Shown here piece by piece: positions 48,513 to 59,492 of a stretch of 64,000 nt of DNA. A model generated the notes under the pieces. That model was not told where the DNA came from. It saw only the letters and a program-made list of their open reading frames with translations, and did no database searches. The position numbers and the translations under genes were made by a program. Each line of letters starts with the position of its first letter. Position 1 is the first letter of the stretch. The DNA comes from Squalus acanthias (lineage: Eukaryota): positions 186,001 to 250,000 of the forward strand of contig JASTWF010000322.1 in assembly GCA_030390025.1 (NCBI GenBank), read 5' to 3'.

Positions 48513-49161
48513 CATAGAATCATAGAAGATAGGAGCAGGAGTCGGCCATTCGGCCCCTCGAGCCTGCTCCGCCATTCAATGAGATCATGGCTGATCATCC
48601 AAACTCAGTACCCTGTCCCTGCTTTCTCCCCATATCCCTTGATCCCTTTAGCTTTAAGAAATATATCCAACTCCTTCTTGAATATATTTAATGAATTGGC
48701 CTCAACTGCCTTCTGTGGTAGAGAATTCCACAGGTTCACCACTCTCTGGGTGAAAAAATTCTTCCTCATTTCTGTCCTAAATGGCTTACCCCTTATCCTT
48801 AGACTGTGACCCCTGGTTCTGGACTCTCCGACCATCGGGAACATTCTTCCTGCATCTAGTTTGTCCAGACCTGTCAGAATTTTATATGTTTCGATGAGAT
48901 CCCCTCTCATTCTTCTATACTCCAGCGAGTATAAGCCCAATCGACCCAATCTCTCCTCATATGTCATTCCTGCCATCCCAGGTATCAGCCTTGTGAATCT
49001 TCGCTGAACTCCTTCCATGGCAAGAACATCCTTCCTCAGATAAGGCGACCAAAACTGCACACAGTACTCAAGGTGTGGTCTCACCAAGGCCCTGTACAAC
49101 TGCAGCAAGACATCCCTGTTCCTATACTCAAACCCTTTCGATATGAAGGCCAACATACCAT
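48513..49161 (-). mobile_element. 5'-truncated CR1 inserted in an L2 3' end
   Basis: ORF 48605-49156; L2 sequence at 48404-48512 resumes at 49163-49595 with about 3.5 76-bp units. Confidence 0.9.
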
Positions 49162-49595
49162 TAAGGTTTTAAAGAGCGTCTTAAAGGAGGAGAGAGAGGC
49201 GGAGAGGTTTAGGGAGGGAATTTCAGAGCTCAGGGCCCCAGGCAGCTGAAGGCACGGCCGCCAATGGTGGAGCGATGGAAATCGGGGATGCTCAAGAGGC
49301 CAGAATTGGAGGAGCGCAGAGATCTCGAAGGGTTGTAGGGCTGGAGGAGGTTACAGAGATAGGGAGGGGGGTGAGGGCCATGGAGGGATTTGAACAGGAG
49401 GATGAGAATTGTAGGGGCTGGAGGAGGTTACAGAGATAGGGAGGGGGCGAGGGCCATGGAGGGATTTGAACAGGAGGATGAGAATTGTAGGGCTGGAGGA
49501 GGTTACAGAGATAGGGAGGGGCGAGGGCCATGGAGGGATTTGAACAGGAGGATGAGAATTGTAGGGGCTGGAGGAGGTTACAGAGATAGGGAGGG

Positions 49596-51502
49596 GAAAA
49601 TAAGGAATCCAAAAGTCTTCTATCGGCACATAAATAGTAAACGGGTAGTAAGAGGAGGGGTTGGGTCGATTAGGAACCAAAAAGGAGACCTACGCATGGA
49701 GGCAGAGGGTATGGCTGAGGTGCCAAATGAGTACTTTGCATCTGTCTTCACCAGGGAAGAGGATGTTGCCATAGACATAGTAAAGGAGGAGGTCTCGGAG
49801 ATACTGGATGGGATAAGAATTGATAAAGAGGAGGTACTAGAAAGGCTGGCTGTACTTAAAGTAGATAAGTCACCAGGACCGGATGGGATGCATCCGAGGA
49901 CACTGAGGGAAGTGAAGGAGGAAATCGCGGAGGTACTGGCCATGATCTTCCAATCCTCCTTAGATACGGGGGTGGTGCCAGAGGACTGGAGAATTGCAAA
50001 TGTTACAGCCTTGTTCAAAAAAGGGTGTAAAGATAAACCCAGCAACTGCAGGTCAGTCAGCTTAACCTCGGTAGTGGGGAAGCTTTTAGAAACAATAATC
50101 AGGGACAAAATTAACCGTCACTTGGACAAGTGTGGATTAATTAAGGAAAGCCAGCACGAATTTGTTAAAGGCAAATCGTGTTTAACGAACTTGATCAAGT
50201 TTTTTGATGAGGTAACAGAGAGGGTTGATGAGGGCAATGCGGTTGATGTGGTGCACATGGATTTCCAAAAGGCTTTTGACAAAGTGGCACATAATAGGCT
50301 TACCAGCAAAGTTGAAGCCCATGGAATAAAAGGGACAGTGGCAGCATGGATACGGAATTGGCTGAGTGACAGGAAACAGAGAGTAGTGGTGAACGGTTGT
50401 TTTTCGGACTGGAGGAATGTATTTAGTGGTGTTCCCCAGGGGTCGGTTCTAGGACCACTGTTTTTCTTGATATATAATAATGACTTGGACTTGGGAGTGC
50501 AGGACACAATTTCAAAATTTGCAGATGACACAAAGCTTGGAAGTATAGTGAACAGTGAGGAGGATAGTGATAGACTTCAAGAGGACATAGACAGGCTGGT
50601 GGAATGGGCGGACACGTGGCAGATGAAATTTAACGCAGAAAAGTACGAAGTGATACATTTTGGTCGGAAGAACGAGGAGAGGAAATATAAACTAAAGGGC
50701 ACAATTCTAAAAGGGGTGCATGAACAGAGACCTGGGGGTATATGTGCACAAATCATTGAAGGTGGCAGGGCAGGTTGAGAAAGCGGTTAAAAAAGCATAC
50801 GGGATCCTGGGCTTCATGAATAGAGGCATAGAGTACGAAGGCAAGGAAGTTATGATGAACCTTTATAAAACACTGGTTCGGCCTCAACTGGAGTATTGTG
50901 TCCAATTCTGGGCACCGCACTTTAGGAAGGATGTGAAGGCCTTAGAGAGGGTGCAGAGGAGATTGACCAGAATGGTTCCAGGGATGAGGGACTTCAGTGA
51001 TGTGGAGAGATTGGAGAAGCTGGGATTGTTCTCCTTAGAGCAGAGAAGGTTAAGGGGAAATTGACCAGAATGGTTCCAGGGATGAGGGACTTCAGTGATG
51101 TGGAGACTGGAGAAGCTGGGGTTGTTCTCCTTGGAGCAGAGAAGGTTAAGGGGAGATTGACCAGAATGGTACCAGGGGTGAGGGACTTCAGTGATGCGGA
51201 GAGACTGGAGAAGCTGGGGTTGTTCTCCTTAGAGCAGAGAAGGTTATGGGGAGATTGACCAGAATGGTACCAGGGATGAGGGACTTCAGTGATCTGGAGA
51301 GACTGGAGAAGCTGGGGTTGTTCTCCTTGGAGCAGAGAAGGTTGAGAGGAGATTTGATGGAGGTGTTCAAAATCATGAGGGGTCTGGACAGAGTAGATGG
51401 AGAGAAACTGTTCCCATTGGTGGAAGGATCGAGAACCAGAGGACACAGATTTAAGGTGATTGGCAGAAGAACCAAAGGCGACATGAGGAAAAATGTATTT
51501 TT
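49596..51502 (+). mobile_element. CR1 ORF2 RT region (second subfamily) with about 4 copies of the 99-bp unit
   Basis: [27 protein letters not shown] and FADD motifs; frameshift near 50725. Confidence 0.92.
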
Positions 51503-51784
51503 TCATGAGAACTTTGCAAAATAAGATGCTGTGGCTGGAAGCTGTGAAAGCTGCCAATTGTCTTTCAGCAGATAAGGAAAAACAGACTTTGAAAGTTCTG
51601 TGGGAAGACACTATTGAGCTGCGGAATCAGTGCAAAAAACAGAAACATCTTCAGACTATGGAGTGTAACCGGCCTTGAAGCCCGCAGATGCTTAAGGGAC
51701 CGTTGATGGGAGCCACTGAAAACCCAACTAATGCCGTATCGTTTGGGACACGTAGGCAGCAAGAGGGTTGCCAAGTGTAAAACG

Positions 51785-52220
51785 TAGAAACATGGAAGAT
51801 AGGAGCAGGAGTAGGCCATTCGGCCCCTCGAGCCTGCTCCGTCATTCGATGAGATCATGGCTGATCATCCAAACTCAGTACCCTGTCCCTGCCTTCTCCC
51901 CATATCCCTTGATCCCTTTAGCCTTAAGAAATATATCTAACTCCTTCTTGAATATATTTAATGACTTGGCCTCAACTGCCTTCTGTGGTAGAGAATTCCA
52001 CAGGTTCACCACTCTCTGGGTGAAGAAATTCTTCCTCATCTCTGTCCTAAATGGCTTACCCCTTATCCTTAGACTGTGACCCCTGGTTCTGGACTCCCCG
52101 GCCATTGGGAACATCCTTCCTGTATCTGGTCTGTCTAGTCCTTTCAGAATTTTATAAGTTTCAATGAGATCCCCTCTCATTCTTCTAAACTCCAGTGAGT
52201 ATAAACCCAATCGACCCAAT
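51785..52220 (-). mobile_element. 5'-truncated CR1
   Basis: ORF 51875-52252 C-terminus. Confidence 0.88.
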
Positions 52221-52247
52221 TTTTTAAAACTGGAAATCACATCTGTG

Positions 52248-53262
52248 AACAAGCCAACGACGACTCGAGTCTGGCTGACTCTACGTCATGTAGCGTGACA
52301 TGAAACCAAGATCCCGGTTGAGGCCGTCCTCATGGGTGCGGAACTTGGCTATCAGTTTCTGCTCGATGATTTTGCGTTGTCGTGTGTCTCGAAGGCCACC
52401 TTGGAGAACACTAACCCGCAGATCCGAGGCTGAATGCCCTTGACTGCTGAAGTGTTCCCCGACTGGGAGGTAACAATCCTGCCTGGCGATTGTTGTGCGG
52501 TGCCCGTTCATACGTTGTCTCAGTGTCTGCATGGTCTCGCCGATGTACCATGCTCCGGGGCATCCTTTCCTGCAACGTATGAGGTAGACAACGTTGGCCG
52601 AGTCACATGAGTATGTACCATGTACCTGGTGGGTAGTGCCCTCACGTATGATGACGGTATCTGTGTTGATGATCTGGCATGTCTTGCAGAGGTTGCCGTG
52701 GCAGGGTTGTGTGGTGTCGTGGTCGCTGTTCTCCTGACAGCTGGGTAATTTGCTGCGAAAGATGGTACTTTTGAGGTTAGGCGGCTGCTTGATGGCGAGT
52801 AGTGGAGGCGTGGGGATGGCCTTAGCGAGGTGTTCGTCGTCGTCATTATTCTTACAGATGTGAGAAGTCGCACAACACCAGGTTATAGTCCAACAGCTTT
52901 ATTTGAAATCACAAGCTTTCGGAGCGCTGCTCCTTCGTCGGGTGAAGTGAAGAGATGCATATAGGCACAGCATATATAGTCAGAGAACACTGCCAGGTGA
53001 CTACAGTTAATCTTTCTAACTGCCCTTTATCACACCTCGGCAGAGAGATAATCTCGGCAATCAAAGGTGTGGATGGTGTCCAAACCGGTCAGTCAGGAAA
53101 ACATGACATCAAAGACAATGAGGTGGGGTCACGAGGGGTCAAATGTGGTAGATGCTGGGGGTCTGGATGGAAAACAAAAAACTTATTTTGCTGGAAATCA
53201 CAGCAGGTCCGGCCGCATCTGTGTAGAGAGAACAAGCCAACGACGACTCGAGTCTGGATTCT
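52248..53262 (-). mobile_element. Penelope family B: GIY-YIG fragment (52248-52845) and separate pLTR copy (52858-53257)
   Basis: Cys-rich linker then YIGETMQTLRQRMNGHR...DGLNRDLG; pLTR flanked by attcttacag duplication. Confidence 0.85.
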
Positions 53263-53574
53263 TACAGGGAACTGATAGGGTGGAGAGAGAGAGAAACTAT
53301 TTCCGCTGGTTGGGGATTCTAGGACTAGGGCGACATAGTCTGAAAATTAGAGCCAGACCTTTCAGGAGTGAAGTTAGGAAACACTTCTACACACAAAGGG
53401 TGGTAGAAGTTTGGAACTCTCTCCCGCAAACGGCAATTGATGCAAGATCAATTGTTAATTTTAAATCTGAGATTGATAGATTTTTGTTAACCAAATGTAT
53501 GAAGGGATGTGGGGCAAAGGCGGGTGGATGGAGTTAGATCACAGATCAGCCCATGATCTCACTGAATGGCGGAG

Positions 53575-54045
53575 CAGTCTCGAGGGGCTGAATGGGCCTC
53601 CTCCTGTTCCTGTGTAACAGGCTCGAGGGGCTGAATGGGCCTCCTCCTGTTCCTGTGTAACAGTCTCGAGGGGCTGAATGGGCCTCCTCCTGTTCCTGTG
53701 TAACAGGCTCGAGGGGCTGAATGGGCCTCCTCCTGTTCCTGTGTAACAGGCTCGAGGGGCTGAATGGGCCTCCTCCTGTTCCTGTGTAACAGGCTCGAGG
53801 GGCTGAATGGGCCTCCTCCTGTTCCTGTGTAACAGGCTCGAGGGGCTGAATGGGCCTCCTCCTGTTCCTGTGTAACAGGCTCGAGGGGGCTGAATGGGTC
53901 TCCTCCTGTTCCTGTGTAACAGGCTCGAGGGGCTGAATGGGCCTCCTCCTGTTCCTGTGTAACAGGTTCGAGGGGCTGAATGGGCCTCCTCCTGTTCCTG
54001 TGTAACAGGCTCGAGGGGGCTGAATGGGCCTCCTCCTGTTTCTAT
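53575..54045 (+). repeat. 43-bp tandem repeat (about 11 copies) derived from the CR1 3' UTR
   Basis: Unit caggctcgaggggctgaatgggcctcctcctgttcctgtgtaa, following the CR1 end at 53262-53575. Confidence 0.93.
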
Positions 54046-54282
54046 GTTCCTGTCAAAGATAGTCACCAATAAATCCAGTCGGGAATTCAGGAGAAATTTC
54101 TTCACCCAGAGAGTGGAACTCGCTACCACAGGGAGTGGTTGGCCCTCAGTTTGGAGTATTGTGTTCAATTCTGGGCACCGCACTTTCGGAAGGATGTCAA
54201 GGCCTTAGATTGGGTGCAGAGGAGATTGACCAGAATGGTTCTGCTCTGTGTTCGAGTTCCACCCTCCACTGTCTCTATATTG

Positions 54283-54637
54283 AGTCGTTGTTGGCTTGTT
54301 CTCTACACAAGTTTTTTGTTTTCCATACAGACCCCAGCATCTGCCACATTGACCCCTCGTGACCCCACCTCATTGTCTTTGATGTCATGTTTTCCTGACT
54401 GACCTGTTTGGACACCATCCACACCTTTGATTGCCGAGATTATCTCTCTGCCGAGGTGTGATAAAGGGCAGTTGGAAAGATTAACTGCAGTCATCTGGCA
54501 GTGTTCTCTGACTATATATGCTGTGCCTATATGCATCTCTTCACTTCACCTGACGAAGGAGCAGCGCTCCGAAAGATCGTGATTTCAAATAAAGCTGTTG
54601 GACTATAACCTGGTGTTGTGCGATTTCTCACATTTGT
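54283..54637 (+). mobile_element. Penelope family B pLTR
   Basis: Reverse complement of 19020-19400; hammerhead with altered stem III (gaaagatc). Confidence 0.82.
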
Positions 54638-56720
54638 CTCTATATTGTCAGACTGCTTGTCCGACAGCAGAAATTTCCTCCCAGCTAAATATTGGGGTGA
54701 CCAAAGCCATTGCCATCGGTCCCCGCCACAAACTCCGTTCCCGGCCACTGACTCCATCCCTCTCCCTAACATTGGTCTGAGGCTGAGCCAGAATGTTTGC
54801 AACCTTGGTGTCGTATTTGACCCTGAAATGAGCTTCAGACCACATATCCGCAGCATAACAAAGACCGCCTACTTCCACCTCCGTAACATCGCCCGTCTCC
54901 GCCCTTGTCTCAGCTCATCCGCTGCTGAAACCCTCATCCCTGCCTTTGTCACCTCTAGGCTTGACTATTCCAACGCTCTCCTGGCTGCCCTCCCACATTC
55001 CACCCTACGTAAACTTGAGGTCATCCAAAACTCGGCTGCCCCCGTGTCCTAACTCGCACCGAGTCCCGTTCACCCATCACCCCCTGTGCTCGCTGACCTA
55101 CACTGGCTCCCGGTCCGGCAACACCTCGATTTCAAAATTCTCATCCTCCTATTCAAATCCCTCCATGGCCCCTCGCCCCCTCCCTATCTCTGTAACCTCC
55201 TCCAGCCCTACAATTCTCATCCTCCTGTTCAAATCCCTCCATGGCCCTCGCCCCCTCTCTATCTCTGTAACCTCCTCCAGTCCCTACAATTCTCATCCTC
55301 CTGTTCAAATCCCTCCATGGCCCATGTCCCCTCCCTATCTCTGTAAACTCCTCCAGCCCCTACAATTCTCATCCTCCTGTTCAAATCCCTCCATGGCCCT
55401 CGCCCCCTCCCTATCTCTGTAACCTCCTCCAGCCCCTACAATTCTCATCCTCCTGTTCAATCTCTCCATGGCCCCTCGGCCCCCTCCCTATCTCTGTAAC
55501 CTCCTCCAGCCCCTACAATTCTCATCCTCCTGTTCAAATCCCTCCATGGCCCCTCGCCCCCTCCCTATCTCTGTAACCTACCCCAGCCCTACAATTCTCA
55601 TCCTCCTGTTCAAATCCCTCCATGGTCCTCGCCCCCTCCCTATCTCTGTAACCTCCTCCAGCCCTACAATTCTCATCCTCCTGTTCAAATCCCTCCATGG
55701 TCCTCGCCCCCTCCCTATCTCTGTAACCTCCTCCAGCCCTACAATTCTCATCCTCCTGTTCAATCTCTCCATGGCCCCTCGCCCCCCTCCCTATCTCTGT
55801 AACCTCCTCCAGCCCCTACAATTCTCATCCTCCTGTTCAAATCCCTCCATGGCCCTCGCGCCCTCCCTATCTCTGTAACCTCCTCCAGCCCTACAATTCT
55901 CATCCTCCTGTTCAAATCCCTCCATGGCCCTCGCCCCCTCCCTATCTCTGTAATCTCCTCCAGCCCCTACAATTCTCATCCTCCTGTTCAAATCACTCCA
56001 TGGCCCTCGCCCCCCCTCCCTATCTCTGTAACCTCCTCCAGCCGTACAATTCTCATCCTCCTGTTCAAATCCCTCCACGGCCCTCGCCCTCTCCCTATCT
56101 CTGTAACCTCCTGCAGCCCCTACAATTCTCATCCTCCTGTTCAAATCCCTCCATGGCCCTCGCCCCCTCCCTATCTCTGTAACTTCCTCCAGCCCCTACA
56201 CTTCTCATCCTCCTGTTGAAATCCCTCCATGGCCCTCACCACTCCCTATCTCTGTAACCTCCTCCAGCCCTACAATTCTCATCCTCCTGTTCAAATCCCT
56301 CCATGGTCCTCGCCTCCTCCCTATCTCTGTAAGCTCCTCCAGCCCCTACAATTCTCATCCTCCTGTTCAAATCCCTCTATGACCCTCGCCCCCTCCCTAT
56401 CTCTGTAACCTCCTCCAGCCCTACAATTCTCATCCTCCTGTTCAAATCCCTCTATGACCCTCGCCCCCCTCCCTATCTCTGTAACCTCCTCCAGCCCCTA
56501 CAACCCTCCGAGATCTCTGCGCTCCTCCAATTCTGACCTCTTGAGCATCCCCCGATTTCCATCGCTCCACCATTGGCGGCCGTGCCTTCAGCTGCCTGGG
56601 GCCCCGAGCTCTGGAATTCCCTCACTAAACCTCTCCGCCTCTCCCCCCTCCTTTAAGACGCTCCTTAAAACCGACCTCTTTGACCCAGCTTTTGGTCACC
56701 TGTCCCTAACATGTCCTTAT
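54638..56720 (+). mobile_element. L2 LINE 3' part with about 18 copies of the 75-76-bp unit
   Basis: NLGVVFDPEMSFRPHI...SRLDYSNALL; array 55136-56510. Confidence 0.9.
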
Positions 56721-56769
56721 GTGAGAAGTCGCAGAACACCAGGTTATAGTCCACCAGATTTATTTACAA

Positions 56770-56807
56770 TTACGAGCTTTCGGAGCTGTTGCCCCTTCCT
56801 CAGGTAA
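56770..56807 (-). ncRNA. Divergent family B-like hammerhead motif
   Basis: uuac CUGAGGA a ggggc-aaca-gcucc GAAA gcUC guaa; stems preserved despite substitutions. Confidence 0.75.
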
Positions 56808-56878
56808 AGGTACAATGAGGGAATCTACAGTATTACACAGCATATAAACACAGAAAGCAATTTGTCTGCAGAGATACA

Positions 56879-57638
56879 GGGCTGGATTTTGTCTTGGGGT
56901 TGGGTTGGGGTCGTGTAATCCGCATTTCGTGTTTCCCCCCCCCGACTCCAGATTAATGTGGATGAATGATGCAATTTTCACCTAATTGGGCAATTGAGTT
57001 GGAGCATGTGGGAACCCATGACCCAATTAGTGGTTTCAGTCTGAAAGTCGCCTCTGATGATGTCATCATTCCTGCTGCATTGCAGGTCGGAGACTGCCTG
57101 GCCTTTGCTGTGAGAGGACCTGGATGCAAAATTGATATATATGAGAGAAAGAGAGAGAGAGAGAGAGAGGAGAGAATTTTTTTTGCCTCCAAGTCCTCTC
57201 ACAGCAAAGGCCAGGCAGTCTCTGAAGACCTTCAATGCAGCAGCATCAGAGGCGACTTTCAGACCTAATACTACTACTACCTTCATCACATCTCCGTTGT
57301 AATAGTGGACCTGCAGCCGATAGTCAGCTATCCACTTGTGCTCCCGCCAGGTTTCACTGGCGTGTTTCACACCAGGCGTGCTTCACGTCAGAAGAGGGTT
57401 AAACTAGCTAAAACGTTTCAAAATAGCATTACAGAGCCAATTTAGAGCTTGTTAAGGGCTTTAATGGCCTCTCCCGCCTCTTGGAGGCGGGACGGAGTCG
57501 GGAACCCCACGACTGATTATGTCAAAATTGCGTGGAGGCGGGATGGAGTCGGGATGGGGTCGGAAACCCCGACCCCGCAAATTTAACCCCCCCCCACGCC
57601 TCCAAACCCGACTCCACGGGTCGTTCAAAATCCAGCCC
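56879..57638. mobile_element. Harbinger-like MITE (same family as 10517-11221), inside a diverged Penelope copy
   Basis: TIR gggctggatttt / aaaatccagccc; flanks aca/gca. Confidence 0.8.
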
Positions 57639-57949
57639 GCAATCTTTCAGGGAGGCTTTACATCAAAGACACACCAAGAGCACAGACAAGAGAATGAGGT
57701 GGGGTCACAGGGGGTCCAACGTGTCAAATCCTGCCATCTGCAGTTGAGATTTTAACTTTTTTTTTTGTGTTTTTTTTAAAACTGGAAAGACAGACAACGA
57801 TGTCGAGTCACGTTCTGTAGCATGACATGAACCCGAGATCCCTATTGAGGCCGTCCTCATGGGTGCGGAACTTGGCTCTCAGTTTCTGCTCGACGATTTG
57901 GCTCGAGGTCAAATTCTCCGTATGAGGCTCGAGGTCAATTTCCGTTTGA

Positions 57950-58465
57950 CATTCTTGCTATTGAGGGAGTGCAACGAAGGTTCACTAGATTGATTCCTGG
58001 GATGGCCAGACTGACATATCAAGAAAGACTGGATCAACTGAACTTGTATCCTCTGGAGTTCAGAAGAATGAGGGGGGATCTTATAGAGACGTTTAAAATC
58101 CTGACTGGTTTAGACAAATTAGATGCGGGCAGAATGTTTCCAATGTTAGGGAAAACTAAAACCAGGGGTCACATTCTAAGGATTAAGGGGAAGCCATTTA
58201 AGACTGAGATGAGGAGGAACTTCTTCACCCAGAGAGTGGTGAATCTGTGGAATTCTCTACCACAGAAGGTTGTTGAGGCCAGTTCGCTAAATATATTCAA
58301 AAGGGAGTTAGATATAATACTCACAACTAGGGGGATCAAGGGGTATGGCGAGAAAGCAGGAATGGGGTACTGAGGTAGCATGTTCAGCCATGAACGCATT
58401 GAATGGCGGTGCAGGCTCGAAGGACCGAATGGTCTACTCCTGTACCTATTTTCTATGTTTCTATG
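57950..58465 (+). mobile_element. 5'-truncated CR1
   Basis: ORF 57969-58373 plus ttctatgtttctatg tail. Confidence 0.88.
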
Positions 58466-58580
58466 TTTGATAATTGCTCCTGTGAAGCGCCCTGGGACGG
58501 TTTTACTACCTTGTGTGGAAGTTGTCGTGTGGGGAACGAGGTCCGCTTGGGTTTAACCCTCTCTCTCTCTCTCTCTGTAG

Positions 58581-59492
58581 GAGGACTCCATGGCCGAGGA
58601 GGAGGATCATCAGTCCGACTCCAGCTACGAGCCGACCGAGCTCTTTGAGGAGTGGGCAGAGGCGGGCGAGGGGGCCCCCGAGCAGCCCCCCCACAGGCCC
58701 CGGCCCCCGCCCCGCCAGAAGTGCTTCATCTGCACCGAGTGCGGGCGCAGCTTCAACAAGTACTCCAACTTCAAGCAGCACCAGCGGGTGCACTCGGGGG
58801 AGAAGCCCTTCAAGTGCGAGGACTGCGGCAAGGACTTCAACCTGTTGTCCAACCTGCGGCGCCACGAGAGGACCCACACGGGCGAGAAGCCCTACAAGTG
58901 TCTGACCTGCGGCAAGGAGTTCAGCGAGATGTCCAGCCTGCGGCGCCATGAGCGGACCCACACCGGGGAGAAGCCCTTCAAGTGCCCCTTCTGCGGCAAG
59001 CAGTTCAGCCAGTCCTCCATCCTGGTGATCCACCAGCGGACCCACACCGGCGAGAAGCCCTTCAAGTGCCTGGAGTGCGCCAAGGGCTTCAGCGAGCCCT
59101 CCAGCCTACGCAGCCACTTGCGGACCCACACCGGCGAGAAGCCCTTCAAGTGCCCCGACTGCGCCAAGGAGTTCCGCCACTCCTCCAGCCTGGTCCAGCA
59201 CCAGCGTACCCACACCGGCGAGAAGCCCTTCAAGTGCGCCGATTGCGGCAAGGGCTTCACCAAGTCCTCCACCCTGGCCCAGCACAAGCGCACCCACAGC
59301 CAGGAGCGGCCCTTCAAGTGCCCCGTCTGCGAGCGCGGCTTCTCCCGCCTCTCGGTGCTAGGGCGACACCAGCGGGTCCACACCTGGAAGGGGCCCCGCA
59401 CCTGCGCCGACTGCGGCCAGCAGTTCAAGAGCTCGTCCGGCCTCCATGCCCACCAGTGCGCGCCGGAGGCCAAGAAGCCGGCGGCCAGCTGA
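58581..59492 (+). CDS. C2H2 zinc-finger protein, terminal coding exon (acidic N-terminal segment, 8 canonical fingers plus 1 C2HC finger)
   Basis: Tandem CxxC-x12-HxxxH with TGEKP linkers; very high GC3; acceptor (ct)n-gtag at 58580. Confidence 0.95.
   Translation, partial: EDSMAEEEDHQSDSSYEPTELFEEWAEAGEGAPEQPPHRPRPPPRQKCFICTECGRSFNKYSNFKQHQRVHSGEKPFKCEDCGKDFNLLSNLRRHERTHTGEKPYKCLTCGKEFSEMSSLRRHERTHTGEKPFKCPFCGKQFSQSSILVIHQRTHTGEKPFKCLECAKGFSEPSSLRSHLRTHTGEKPFKCPDCAKEFRHSSSLVQHQRTHTGEKPFKCADCGKGFTKSSTLAQHKRTHSQERPFKCPVCERGFSRLSVLGRHQRVHTWKGPRTCADCGQQFKSSSGLHAHQCAPEAKKPAAS

Noticed and set aside
49390..50778. 462-aa ORF as a chimeric gene
   Set aside because: Chance in-frame join of an antisense L2 array to a truncated CR1 RT
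58581..59492. Assigning a gene symbol to the zinc-finger gene
   Set aside because: Tandem C2H2 arrays cannot be assigned to an orthologue by eye
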